This document shows positions 1 through 21,295 of a stretch of DNA of 64,000 bases, piece after piece (the stretch's first letter is position 1; every line of letters begins with the position of its first letter). The translations under genes and the position numbers were made by a program. The stretch is from the human T2T-CHM13v2.0 reference genome, Homo sapiens. The DNA is taken from the NCBI RefSeq assembly GCF_009914755.1, contig NC_060925.1; one strand, given 5' to 3'. The notes under the pieces were generated by a model, which had not been told where the DNA came from, did no database searches, and saw nothing but the letters and a program-made list of their open reading frames with translations.

Positions 1-74
1 TCCAAAAAAAATCTAAAAACTCATTTTGGAAAATTATTGATATGCAGCAATAACGTTGACTTTATTTTTTCCAG

Positions 75-395
75 ATATGGCCGCGTGGAAAGTGTCAAAA
101 TTCTTCCCAAGAGGGGATCTGAAGGAGGAGTGGCTGCCTTTGTGGATTTTGTGGACATCAAAAGTGCACAGAAAGCTCACAACTCGGTCAACAAAATGGG
201 TGACAGAGACCTACGCACGGATTATAATGAACCAGGCACCATCCCGAGTGCTGCTCGGGGATTGGATGATACAGTTTCCATAGCATCTCGTAGTAGAGAG
301 GTTTCTGGGTTCAGAGGAGGTGGTGGAGGGCCTGCTTATGGTCCCCCACCGTCACTTCATGCACGAGAAGGACGTTATGAGCGGAGACTTGATGG
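75..395 (+). CDS. SPEN: SPEN coding exon 2 (321 nt): C-terminal part of RRM1 and Gly-rich linker
   Basis: Acceptor tttttccag|A at 74/75; donor GG|gtaagt at 395/396. Translates YGRVESVKILPKRGSEGGVAAFVDFVDIKSAQKAH (RNP1-like AFVDF), recognisable as the SPEN N-terminus. Confidence 0.97.
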
Positions 396-3300
396 GTAAG
401 TTCCAAGGTTTCTGTAGGCAGGTATTTTGTATTTGATATGGTGAGAAACAGAAACTCATATTTAGGGGCCCCAGATGGATTTAAAGTTTTGGGCATTCTC
501 AATGTTTCCTATTTTGGGTTGGAAACGGAAGTGATTTATATCCCAATGGCTGGTATCTTATGGAATCGTAGAGGATATTTCCTGCAGCTGATTGGATATC
601 TGTTCCTGAGATATAATGTGATGGAAGATTTCCTATGGAAGCTTCATTTTTGGAGTTACCTGTCTTCTAGAATTACTTATTCCTTCTCTTGGATAATGTT
701 AAGTCCTTCCTTGGATATATCCCTTCTACCTGATGGAGCTATTTGGCTTTTGTGTTCATACTATATGGAATATTTCTGGAATATTAGAGCCTACAGATTC
801 TTTTAGAAGTTGATATCTGCCTCTCCATTTTCACTACATAAAGTGTACAAACAAATTGGATTGTAACAAAAAATCTGGCAGACCATAATGATTCAACCAC
901 TTGGATTCTACAAACAATACTTTAACGTGGAAATGTGTACTTGGATGAAGAAGAGAGAAGGCAATGCCTGATTTTTCCATTTTGGATCTACACAATTTCT
1001 GTATTGTTGGAATTACACTCTTTGATGGAATGGGGAAAAATTAAAATGATGGATGTTTCCTAAATCCTGGAATATAGCCATTCTTTTCTAATTGCTGGGA
1101 TATATGGGATGTCTTGCTGTCAAGATTCCACTAGCCCAGGGAAAGAGGATTACTATATCATTTCTTAAGCAAGTTGCTGTCCAATCAAAGGTACTTTAGC
1201 TTTGAACACATGGTGATGATCAGTTGTGGATACAGCAATCAAAATTGACTGGGCTGGATGGCTACAAAAGTGAACTATTGGCGAGCAACTGTGCCTTCCT
1301 CATTCGTTGGAATTGTAGAGGATATTTCCTCTTCTGCCAGCTACCTGATTCATACTTAGGGCTGGAAATATTTATGAATGTGGATAAATTTCTAATTGTC
1401 TGCTATCTCAAGAAAGAAGTCTGGGGGTTTGAGAGTTACAGTTTGTCTGGGACTACTTGCTTCCAGTGGAATTATTTTGTCTGGTCACTAAGATTTTTTT
1501 TTTCTTGTGGTTCATCTAAATATCATTTGACACCCTTGCCCATTAAGAAGGTGGATTACCCCCATAAGAGGGGCCAAAATTGGGGAAGTTATGTTCACAA
1601 TTCTCTCCCTAGATTTAATTGGGATTATAGGTCGTGTTTCCACACTTGGAAAAGGTTGGTATGTCCTGACCTGTGTATATTAGCCCCTCTCCTAACCCAA
1701 GTCAAACTCTCTTTTTTTCCCCACTAACTCTAGAAGTATTTAGTACTAATAGTGAATCAGAGAATAGCCATTAGATTTCAGCTCTGCTAGCTCTTGTGCC
1801 TGCCTTCTGTATCTTCTTAATGGATAAGAACTTTGCATATTTATAAAATAGCAGCTGTAGCAGTAATCGTCCTAGAACTTTTTTGCCTGTTGCTTCTGTT
1901 AAATCATTAATAATGGCTTTCACTGATTAACATTTGATAGGGTGCTAAAGTAATTATTTATGGCATTTTAAGTCTCAAAGGAAACCCTCTTATTTGTTAG
2001 ACATTGAAATATAAAAATCTCAGAACTGTAGTAAATAAAAGAGAAACTCATTTAATACATTTAAGTAGGAAAGATATAGAATGTTTATCATGCCAGTTGT
2101 TTTTCACAATAGCAGCAAAAAAAGCTAAACTAAGCCTAGGAAGGTGGGGTTGCTACTAAGTGAAATGATGGGTGAAAAGAATATTAGTGGAGAGACCTGG
2201 AATCTAAGCATGTACTGGGGATCTGGTATTAATTGTTATAAGATTTTGCCAGATATTCTTCATTGGAGAGATTCTAATTCTTTATGTTTCATGATTCCTT
2301 AATCCCTTTTGATAGAAGATAGATCCAGAGATGGGTTGAAGAGAAACTCCAGTGAAATGGTCTTTTAGGAACTCAGGAGCTGAGTTCTAGTTCTCTACAA
2401 AAGTAGAGAACTTACGATTTCTTTATAGGATTATAACTAGTTTTTAATATTAACACATAATTGCATGTGTGTAATCGTACATGCAACGTGTTTTGTACTT
2501 TTTAGGTTGACAGGTATTCACATCCTACTAAATGATTGTTTTAATTAAGTTAAGCTATTTTGCTAATAGCGACCTTAGAATATCTTATAGTTCCTAATGT
2601 TACCTAATTTCATCACAGGCAATTTGAGTATAGCTAAAAGCCAAAAGAACATATTTCCTACAACCATTGAGTTTATACATTAAGAAATTGAATCATGGAA
2701 TAGGCATTTTTAAAGTCATTTGGAATTTGATAGCACAGGAGTAAATAATTTTTATTTTTATTTAAATTCACATAGAGTAGCATGTGGTAACCCAATATTT
2801 TGATACTTGAAGTGGTTTTTTTTTGAGATTCTATTTTTATTATTAAATGTAATTGGGTACCGCTGTGCAGTCTATGTAGTCTAGTTTATGTAGTCCAGTA
2901 ATTTTTTATAACTATCCAAGCAGTCAAAACTTAATGAAAAAAAGTTAAACTTAGAAAATTTTTTCTGGACTTCTTGAAAGTCCTTCCTATTGTTGAGACA
3001 TGCGCTGCAGCAGGGCTTTCATGTCTAAGTTAAAACATAGCATGGAAATGTGGCCTAAAAGAAATTTGTGAGTAAATAAAATTTGGTATATACTTTAATC
3101 AGATGAAAGTGTAAAAACTTTCATATTATTAAAATAGTCTCTTGTTCCGTTAACATGAAAAGGAGATTGTATATTTATGTATGCAAGTCAGAAAATCTCT
3201 AATAAAGTAAGCAAGTGAGCTGCAGAACACTAGTCATGAAAGCCCAATATACAATGAAAACAATGATTGCTCAGCTGTGAAAATAATTTTTGGAGTCAAG

Positions 3301-3465
3301 TAAAATGTTAAGCTTGTTAGCGTTTGCTTATTAAGTAGGTTAATGCTGTTTAGAAAATGACCAGTTGCAAAGACAAAGACAATGCTGAAGTGAATGTTTG
3401 CATGACTTGCTTTTAGTTTTGCTTGCTCCTTTCTGATTAAATATTTTTCCCCCTCCTAAATGCAG

Positions 3466-3942
3466 GGCTTCAGATAACAGGGAGCGTGCTTATGAACATA
3501 GTGCCTATGGACACCATGAACGGGGGACGGGAGGATTTGATCGGACAAGACATTACGATCAGGATTACTATAGAGATCCTCGAGAGCGGACTTTACAACA
3601 TGGGCTCTATTACGCTTCTCGGAGTCGAAGTCCAAATCGCTTTGATGCTCATGACCCCCGATATGAACCTAGGGCTCGCGAGCAGTTTACACTGCCCAGT
3701 GTGGTACACAGGGATATCTACAGGGATGATATTACCCGGGAGGTACGAGGCAGAAGGCCAGAGCGGAATTACCAGCACAGCAGGAGTCGGTCACCACATT
3801 CATCCCAGTCTAGAAATCAGTCTCCTCAGAGACTGGCTAGCCAAGCATCTAGACCCACAAGGTCCCCTAGCGGCAGCGGCTCTAGAAGTAGATCCTCCAG
3901 TAGTGATTCAATCAGCAGCAGCAGTAGTACCAGCAGTGACAG
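3466..3942 (+). CDS. SPEN: SPEN coding exon 3 (477 nt): Arg/Asp/Tyr-rich then RS/Ser-rich linker
   Basis: Acceptor tgcag|G at 3465/3466; donor AG|gtaggt at 3942/3943. In frame with exon 2: GASDNRERAYEH...SRSRSPHSSQSR...SSSSSTSSD. Confidence 0.96.
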
Positions 3943-4546
3943 GTAGGTTAACAGCCTTTTGTTATAACAGATGAGCTAGCTTTAAACAAATTCTCAACAA
4001 TCAGTGGGAATGGTTTCAGCATAGTATTATTTTTTAAAGTAATCTTGGATCATATATGTATGTAATCAGTAAAGAAACTGGCATGTGGCCATTGAATTAA
4101 CTGTTCTAAGTACTCGAAGTTAAGTGATGATTTGCAAAGTTCTGTTTCATCCTCCAGATGCACAGTATTAAAATTAAATGATCAAAGTGGAAGGGAGGTG
4201 GTGACTCTAGCTGTGCAAGGCAAATCTTGTGACACTGAAAATATGGTATCTCTTTAACATTTTTAATTTTGTAGGTGTATAATACCAATTTATTTCTATT
4301 ATTTTGATTGAAGATTTGTAAAAGCTGTTTGGTTAAATATGTATTGGTGAAATATAATATTGTTGACACATTTATTATCAATGACTAGATCAACTTATGA
4401 ACAAATTTTAGCTAATTTTAACATCAGGGTGGTAGCCAATTTATAAACTCAAGTAGAAAAGCTTCCTTTGAATGCAGGTTGTAACTTTACTGTTCTGTAA
4501 ACTGATCTCACTAGTTGAGAATTTCTTTCTACAAATATATATATAT

Positions 4547-5308
4547 ATTTTAAAGACAGTCTCACTGTGTCACCAAGGCTGGAGTGCAGTGGTGTAGCCT
4601 TGGCTCACGGCAACCTCTGCCTTCTGGGTTCCAGCAGTCCTCCTGCCTCAGCCTCCCAAGTAGCTGGGATTACAAACGTGCGCAACCACGCCTGGCTAAT
4701 TTTGTATTTAGTAAAGATGAGGTTTTGCCATGTTGGCCAGGCTGTTCTTGAACTCCTGACCTCAAGTGATTTGCCCACCTCATCCTCCCAAATTGCTGGG
4801 ATTACAGGCATGAGCCAGAGTGCCCAGCCAAAAAGTTTTATTTGAAAAGCGAAAATAGTAAGTTGAGGGTAATCTTAATAAGAAACTTAGCTTCAAACCT
4901 AGTTATATGGATTTTGAAATCACAGATCTGGGTATGTGGTATAGATTATCCTTTAAGTAATCTAGGATAAGTTATTTATGTTCTTCAGGTCTCAGCTTTC
5001 CCTTTTTTTTTTTTTTTTTTTTTTTGAGATGGAGTCTCGCTCTTGTCACCTAGGCTGGAGTGCAATGGCGTGATCTTGGCTCACAGCACCCTCCACCTCC
5101 TGGGTTCAAGTGAGTCTTCTGCCTCAGCTTCCCATGTAGCTGAGATTACAGGCACCCATCACCATGCCAGGCCAATTTTTGTATTTTTAGTAGAAACGGG
5201 GTTTTACCGTGTTGGCCAGGCTGGTCTCTAACTCCTGACCTCAGGTGATTCACCTGCCTTGGCCTCCCAGAGTGTTGGGATTACCAGTGTGAGCTACTGC
5301 GCCTGGCC
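4547..5308 (-). mobile_element. Two antisense Alu elements (about 4547-4829 and 5002-5308); the second interrupts a MIR
   Basis: Poly-T followed by gagatggagtctcgctct...cccaaagtgctgggattacagg Alu consensus. Confidence 0.9.
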
Positions 5309-5985
5309 AAGCTTTCTCATTTTTAATAAGGACCTTAATAAAGTTATTGTGAAAATTAAAATGAACACTTAATGTAAAATGCTTACTTTGATACCTAGTA
5401 TATGTTAAAAAAAATGCTGCTATTCAATTTGTTAATCCCACATGTCCTGCTTTTCAATTTAGGTGGTATATATTTAAAATTTACAGTCAAATTCTTTGAC
5501 CTGATTAAAAGGCTCAGATTACTTTTCTTTTGCCTGCTTAAAATTAATTTAAGCAAATGGTCATGTAGTTGAATGTCTGTTTTTAGGCTTCCTGAATTTT
5601 CTTATTCAAAATAATACATGAAAACATTTTGTTTATCCCTCTGCCTATCTAGATATAATTCAAACATTCTGGAAGATTTGCATATTAAAATGAAACAAGC
5701 ACCTAGTTTAGAAAGTCATGAAAGTTACGTTCTATGCCCAGCTTTCAAGCCGTGTGACATGGATGAAAACTCTTAACTTCTTTTGATTTTATTTGGTGTG
5801 CTGTCTAGATAAATGATTGATGAAATTCATTTGAACCCTATAAACTAATTATAAAATCTTGTTCCACTTTCTTTTCTGCATAGAATTGTCTAAAATGCTC
5901 AAGTTTTAGTCATTTTCCATAAACCTACCTCATTAAAAAGCTGCATCTGCATTCCACTGGATCAAAACTTATTGAAAAGGTGTTG

Positions 5986-6269
5986 AGGCACTGGGCGTGT
6001 GGCTCACTCACGCCTGTAATCCCAGCACTTTGGGAGGCTGAGGCAGGTGGATCACCTGAGGCAAGGAGTTCGAGACCAGCCTGGCCAACATGGTGAAACC
6101 CTGTCTCTACTAAAAATACAAAAATTAGCCAGGCATGGTGGCACATGCCTGTAATCGCAGTTACTCAGGAGGCTGAGACAGGAGAATTGCTTGAATTCGG
6201 GAGGTGGAGGTTGCAGTGAGCAAGCCACTGCACTCCAGCCTGGGTGACAGATGATGAGACTCTGTCTCA

Positions 6270-6301
<32 letters not shown>

Positions 6302-6556
6302 AAAAGAAAAAGTGCTGAGGCTGGGCAAAGTGGCTCACACCTGTAATTCCAGCACACTATGAGGCTGAGGTGGGTAGATCACTTGAGGTCGGTCAGGAGT
6401 TCGAGACCAGCCTGGTCAATGGTGAAACCCTGTCTCTACTAAAAATACAAAAATTATCTGGAGGTGGTGGTGGGTGCTTGTAATTCCAGCTACTCAGGAG
6501 GCTGAGGCAGAAGAATAGCTTGAGCCCAGGAGGTGGAGGTTGCAGTGAGCTGAGAT
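5986..6556 (+). mobile_element. Tandem sense Alus (full length, then 3'-truncated)
   Basis: ggctcacgcctgtaatcccagcactttgggagg... with A tail at 6268-6310, then a second Alu head. Confidence 0.9.
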
Positions 6557-6918
6557 AGCTAGAGGAGAATGATGCCTTCAGAGTAGCATTATACTTTGAT
6601 GGGAGTATAATGGATCCGCCCTCAGAACTGTAGGCTCAGAAGCTTGAACCTAGAGGTGATCTGATGAATTTGATGGAGCTTAGTCCCTGCTCATGTAATT
6701 AAAAAAAAATAAAAAGCAGCTGTATGCTTCTAAATGTTTGCACTCAGAAAGATAACTGCTAGAAGGGTAGGATGCACTTAGAAAATCTGCCTGGGGAGTA
6801 AATTACAATAAAAAAGTTAGTGAGAAAGAGGATTTTTGATGATTATTTTATCAAGTTAGGGTAGCTAGATGTATTCATTTATATACCAAAGGCTACAACC
6901 TAGAAGTCTGGAGGGTGA

Positions 6919-8530
<1,612 letters not shown>

Positions 8531-9643
8531 CTTTTGGGTTTTATTCTGTATGCAGAGAGGGCCATTAAAAGATTTAAGAAAGGAGATAGCTTGTTGAGAT
8601 CTCTGCTTTAGAAAGGCAACTGGTGACTTATCCATAATCTCTGTTTTTCCTACTCTTGGTACCTCAGAGAAGGAAAATTTGGAACAGGTGGGAGAGACAT
8701 TGTATTAAGAATCAGATTATCCTGATGTGTAAAAAGCAGAATGAACTTTCTGGTGATATGAAAGAACAAGACTGAGTGGCCTGAATGCATATCACAGAAC
8801 CTAGTATATTGCCTTTCTCAGAATACATGTCCAATAAGTAGTTGAAATACTTAGATACAGTTCTTAGTTAACATGAAGGATAAAGCAAAATTGATGTAGA
8901 TAGCTAAAAGTTTTTGTCATTTAAATTGTGATTGAAGCAAGTGTACAGAAATAATCCTCTGGTGTTCAGTTTACATTATTCCCTTTTATCAGATGTTCTC
9001 TTTTCCTCTTTAATTATATTGAATTCAAAGTGTAATATTTTGAGATGTTATGAAATTCAGAATGTTCAGTTTTCCTTTTGGAAGAAATAAGTTATTTCTT
9101 GTGATCTTTACAACTTGTGAAACTGTGACATTCCTGAAAGTCCTTTAAAGATGTTTAAAGTTAGCACTCGTATAGTGGACAAAATATAGCTTGGTTTTAC
9201 CTATGGAAACAAGTTTGTCTTCTGTCTCCATGACTGATGGGGAAATTAATCACCCTCCATCCTTATTAATAGTTACACTTTTGATGAAGAGATTGCTAGT
9301 GGGGTATTTCAGATGAGTAAACATGGGATTAATGGCAGTCTAGTTGTGAAGTCCTTATAAATAACACATCTACTGTTTCTGCAAAACCATTTACAGTATT
9401 TAACTGGTGAGAACTGGGCCTTCATGGCTCCATGTGCTGCTATGTACTGCTCGACGTCTTTTTGTTTCTCTGTCATGGCCGTTTATTGAGCCACATTTCC
9501 TTTCAACAGAACATTTTAAATGCGTAAATTCCACAGAAGCATTTATTTTAAAATCCCTTGATTGAAGTTGAACATACTTTATTTCTATAGTTCCCTATTA
9601 TTGGATTCCCGCCCCCCCAATCAAGTTGTAAGAATTTCCTTTA

Positions 9644-9970
<327 letters not shown>

Positions 9971-10685
9971 CTAACTAGATGGTGTGGACAGCTGACGCAA
10001 ACTGGGCATATACAATGGGACACACCTGTACTAGGATGAAAGGCACAGCCTAGAGGGCTGGCAGGTGTTGGGTAATGCTCAAGTTTCAGAGTGATGGCAG
10101 AAGAGTAGGTTGGTAGGCCCTCATGGCTCTGCTTGGCAGCATCACAGGCCACAGCCCCCCTGGGGCTCTTGGTTCCCCCAGGGTCCAACCAAGTCTGAGT
10201 CATGGGGCTAGGATGAAGTTTCCCTTCCCTCCTCAGCAGGAAACCCCCTTCTTCCCAGAAGAGAGAGGGGAAAGGAGGCAATGGGTGACAGGGTCACTGC
10301 ACCCACCAGAGATTGGAATTTTAGAGCAAGCTTTCTTCTTAAATAGATTTTAAAAATTAGAATGAGCTGATTTTTAAAAAATGTATTTCTCACATTTTCA
10401 TTATATAGTTGTTACATTATTAAAATTTACTTTGCATTGTCATAAGCTAGAAGATATAAGGGAGAAGCTTGGGAACAGGAATGGGGGAAAGAAAGACACA
10501 CACACAGTTCCTGGGCGGGGAAGCAGACATGTGAAACCCTTTGTGGTGTTTGCTTAAAGTAACAAGGAAAGCATATAGAAGAACTTCAAGTAACCAAACT
10601 TTTCAGCTCTTCTGCCATGTTAAGATATGGAAAGTCTTATGTCTCTCTCTTCTCCAGTGTGTTAGCTTTGCATTAGAACGATGTA

Positions 10686-12530
<1,845 letters not shown>

Positions 12531-13689
12531 CATTCTTTGATTTTAATTAGTTTGTTCTGCTTCGTTATTACTTTTTTAGATCGTCTAGAGGTTTCAAAAG
12601 GGAGAATTTCTTGCTGAAAATTAGTGTTATGATTAAAACATATTCATTGCTTTGGACCTTTCCAACTGTTACATGAAGTTTCTTTTTAAGCATACAAGAG
12701 GAAGTGTACGTGGAGTTTCTATCTTGACGTTTATAATTATTCTTTGTGATGGACTCCTGTAAGAGCCAATTAATGGTTTTATTGACTGTGTATGATTAAG
12801 TATGCTCTTTCCTTAAAATATGTGTATCTAAATTCTTTAAAAAGTTACCTACTTGGAAGGGTTAGGGAAGAAAAAGAACAGCAGGCATATTAGTGTCTGT
12901 AATACTTGAGAAACATTAGGTCGTGCCTCATTTTGAGCGGCTCTCTTAAATACTTTACAAAAGAATAAGCATTTGCTTGTTCCCTGCTTAATGCTATTTT
13001 GGTACTGTTTAGCAGCATGGAATAAATGTTCAGCAGTGTGTGCTTTGGACAAGAAATACACCAAAAAAACCCTTTTTTTCCCATCAGTGGCAGACAAACT
13101 GCAGAGGTCACTGAAGAGCCCACAGTTTGGAAACACATTATTTTTTTTGGCTCCTGTATTGCTTGCATCGTTTGTTATTGTGCAATAAGCAACACACAAC
13201 CTTCTGTTTTAGGGGGTCATATTAGCCAACCAAGCCTTTTTTGTGCTAAATATGGAAATGGAAGAGTACTTACTTAATTGTTCTGGTAGGCATAGCTCTC
13301 ATAATGGATACCTGTAAATAGGTCTGTTTCCTTTCTGGATTTCCTTTTTTGGTCAAATACAGCATTTTAGTAAAGTTTTGTTTTTTTGTTTTTGTTTTAG
13401 ATGTGTAGGTGTTGTCAGCTGCAGGGTCTTGTACAGAATAGGCATTCCATTTTGGAAACAAGTACTGGGCTGACCCATATTGCTGAAGTGGGAACCTTGC
13501 TTTTAATTAGGATGCTCGACTGCAGAGGAATGAGAACCAGGTAGCCTTAGCTCTGGAAGCAGATGAGAAGCGCTCATCTGGGCAGCCCCTGCGTCTGAAT
13601 ATTGTGGGGGAAAATAGGAACTGTTGTTTGTGACTCGAACCAGCCTAAACTGGAACCATCCAGTTTGAGTTGGCTGCTTGCCACCTCCC

Positions 13690-13870
13690 GGAGGCTTCCT
13701 TGTTTTGCCAGAGTTTCTCCACAGCCCTCAGTCCAGGGGCGGGGCGCAGGGACCCGGCTGCTGCGTGGTGACTGGGCCAGGCGGTGGGAGGGGCAGGACG
13801 GCTGTGCCTTAGTGTTCCTGGAGAGGAGGATTTCAGATCTAGCCAGGGTGAACGCCCGACTGCAAGCTGG
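13690..13870. promoter_or_regulatory. GC-rich intronic element with Sp/KLF GC box (candidate enhancer or internal promoter)
   Basis: GGGGCGGGGC at 13736-13745, GGGAGGGGC nearby, and several CpGs in non-repeat sequence inside an AT-rich intron. Confidence 0.5.
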
Positions 13871-14249
13871 TACAAACTCTATTTTTAATACATCTTTCTG
13901 TTATTAACCCTTGCTTTAATGGTAACTTTTAGTCTTCTACCTTTTAGAAGCTACGGCTTCTGTAAAACTGCTTCTGCACTGCCAGTGCTTGGCCACATCA
14001 CAACATGGTCAGCATTTGGTGACAAGGAGTTTATTACCAAAGTCCCCAGGAGCGTTGCTTTTAGTTAGGTTAGTCCATTTGAAATAAAGAACTGTCCCTC
14101 TCACCCCTTCTCATTCTTACCAATTAGGTTGTACTGAGGTTTTTTATTTTGGTTTCTTAGGTGGAAGGAATTAAAATAGGTTTTGGTGGCAAAGTTGTGA
14201 CATGACATGATGTCTTGTGGGTTTTAATTTACTCTGGATGATTGATTGG

Positions 14250-17904
<3,655 letters not shown>

Positions 17905-17905
<1 letters not shown>

Positions 17906-18210
17906 ACTGTAAAATTCACCCATTTAAGTGGACAGTTAATGCTTTTTAATACATTTACAGCATTTTGCAACCATCACCATAATGAAACTAGTGCATTTTC
18001 ATGACCCCGAAAAGAAACCTCATACCCGTTAGCAGTTGCTCTCCATTCTTTTTCTCCCCCAGCCCAAGGCAACTGCTAATCTATCTCTATAGCCTATTCT
18101 GGCCATTTAATAGAAGGAAAATCATACCATATTGCGGTCTTTTGTGACTGGTTTCTTTCACTTAATATGTTTTTGCAGTTCATCCGTGTTATAGCATTGA
18201 TCAGTACTGG
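17905..18210 (-). mobile_element. Old L1M 3'-end fragment
   Basis: aaattcacccatttaagtg...ttttgcaaccatcacc...cttttgtgactggtttctttcacttaa is typical of an antisense L1M 3' UTR; similar to the fragments at 22490 and 25474. Confidence 0.7.
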
Positions 18211-18463
18211 TGCACTGAATAGCCACATTTCAAGTGCTCAATAGCCACATGTGACTAGTGGCTGCAGTACTGGATATCCTAGCTAGAAACAAAAACCTCC
18301 CTAATAAACCAGCATATCATCCTTCAGGAGAAAATGGTAGGCCTTTGTAATGCTTAAGCGTAGCCCAGAAATATATGTGTGTGGGTTTTAACAAAGAAAT
18401 TCCGTTTACAGGAGCTAACACTTAGAGGTTTAGCACATTTGGAAATAATTGCTATGAAAAAAA

Positions 18464-19055
<592 letters not shown>

Positions 19056-19189
19056 AATATAAAAACCATTAAGAAAAACTAATGTCATGGTGTCATGTTA
19101 ATAAATTCACATATATCTCAGTAGAACTGTTTAAAAATATACACATCAAGTTCTGGAGACCTGGTTTTTTTAAAAAAAAAAAACTTATT

Positions 19190-19660
<471 letters not shown>

Positions 19661-20079
19661 TCTTCTAGAAGCAAGCTCTATTAAGCTGTAATGTCACAAA
19701 ATAATTTGTGTATCAATTTAGTGCTTTTCATTTTGTTTAAAGACAAATAGAGTTTGTTATTTTTCTTTTTTTAAATTCCCTAAACCCTTCTATTCTCTTG
19801 GAAATGATGGGTTAATAGAAAAGCCTCTTGGGACTGTTATGCCTAAAATATAAACTGAACTACTTCCAGATTCCATCTTCAACACTTCAAGTGTTGGTCA
19901 GGCTAAAATGCCTGTTTCCAGGGTGGCTGAGGGAATGGCTCAACCGAAATATTTATTTCAAAGTCCAGGTTCCAGGCTTAGAAATATGTTAATATCAAAG
20001 CCCCTAAATAAATTAATTTCCCAAGGAGAAAATCAAATAACCAGAGTAAATTTATTTTTAAAATTTAAAAAACAACTTT

Positions 20080-21295
<1,216 letters not shown>

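Noticed and set aside
470-1080. TGGAA richness as satellite II/III (GGAAT)n
   Set aside because: No 5-nt tandem periodicity; motifs are dispersed in complex sequence.
3486-3974. 162-aa alternative-frame ORF over exon 3
   Set aside because: GTG start, out of phase with the spliced SPEN frame, and no recognisable domain; treated as a shadow ORF.
12849-13277. Overlapping 71-116 aa ORFs on both strands in unique intronic sequence
   Set aside because: No splice-compatible exon structure or recognisable domain; lengths are within chance expectation.
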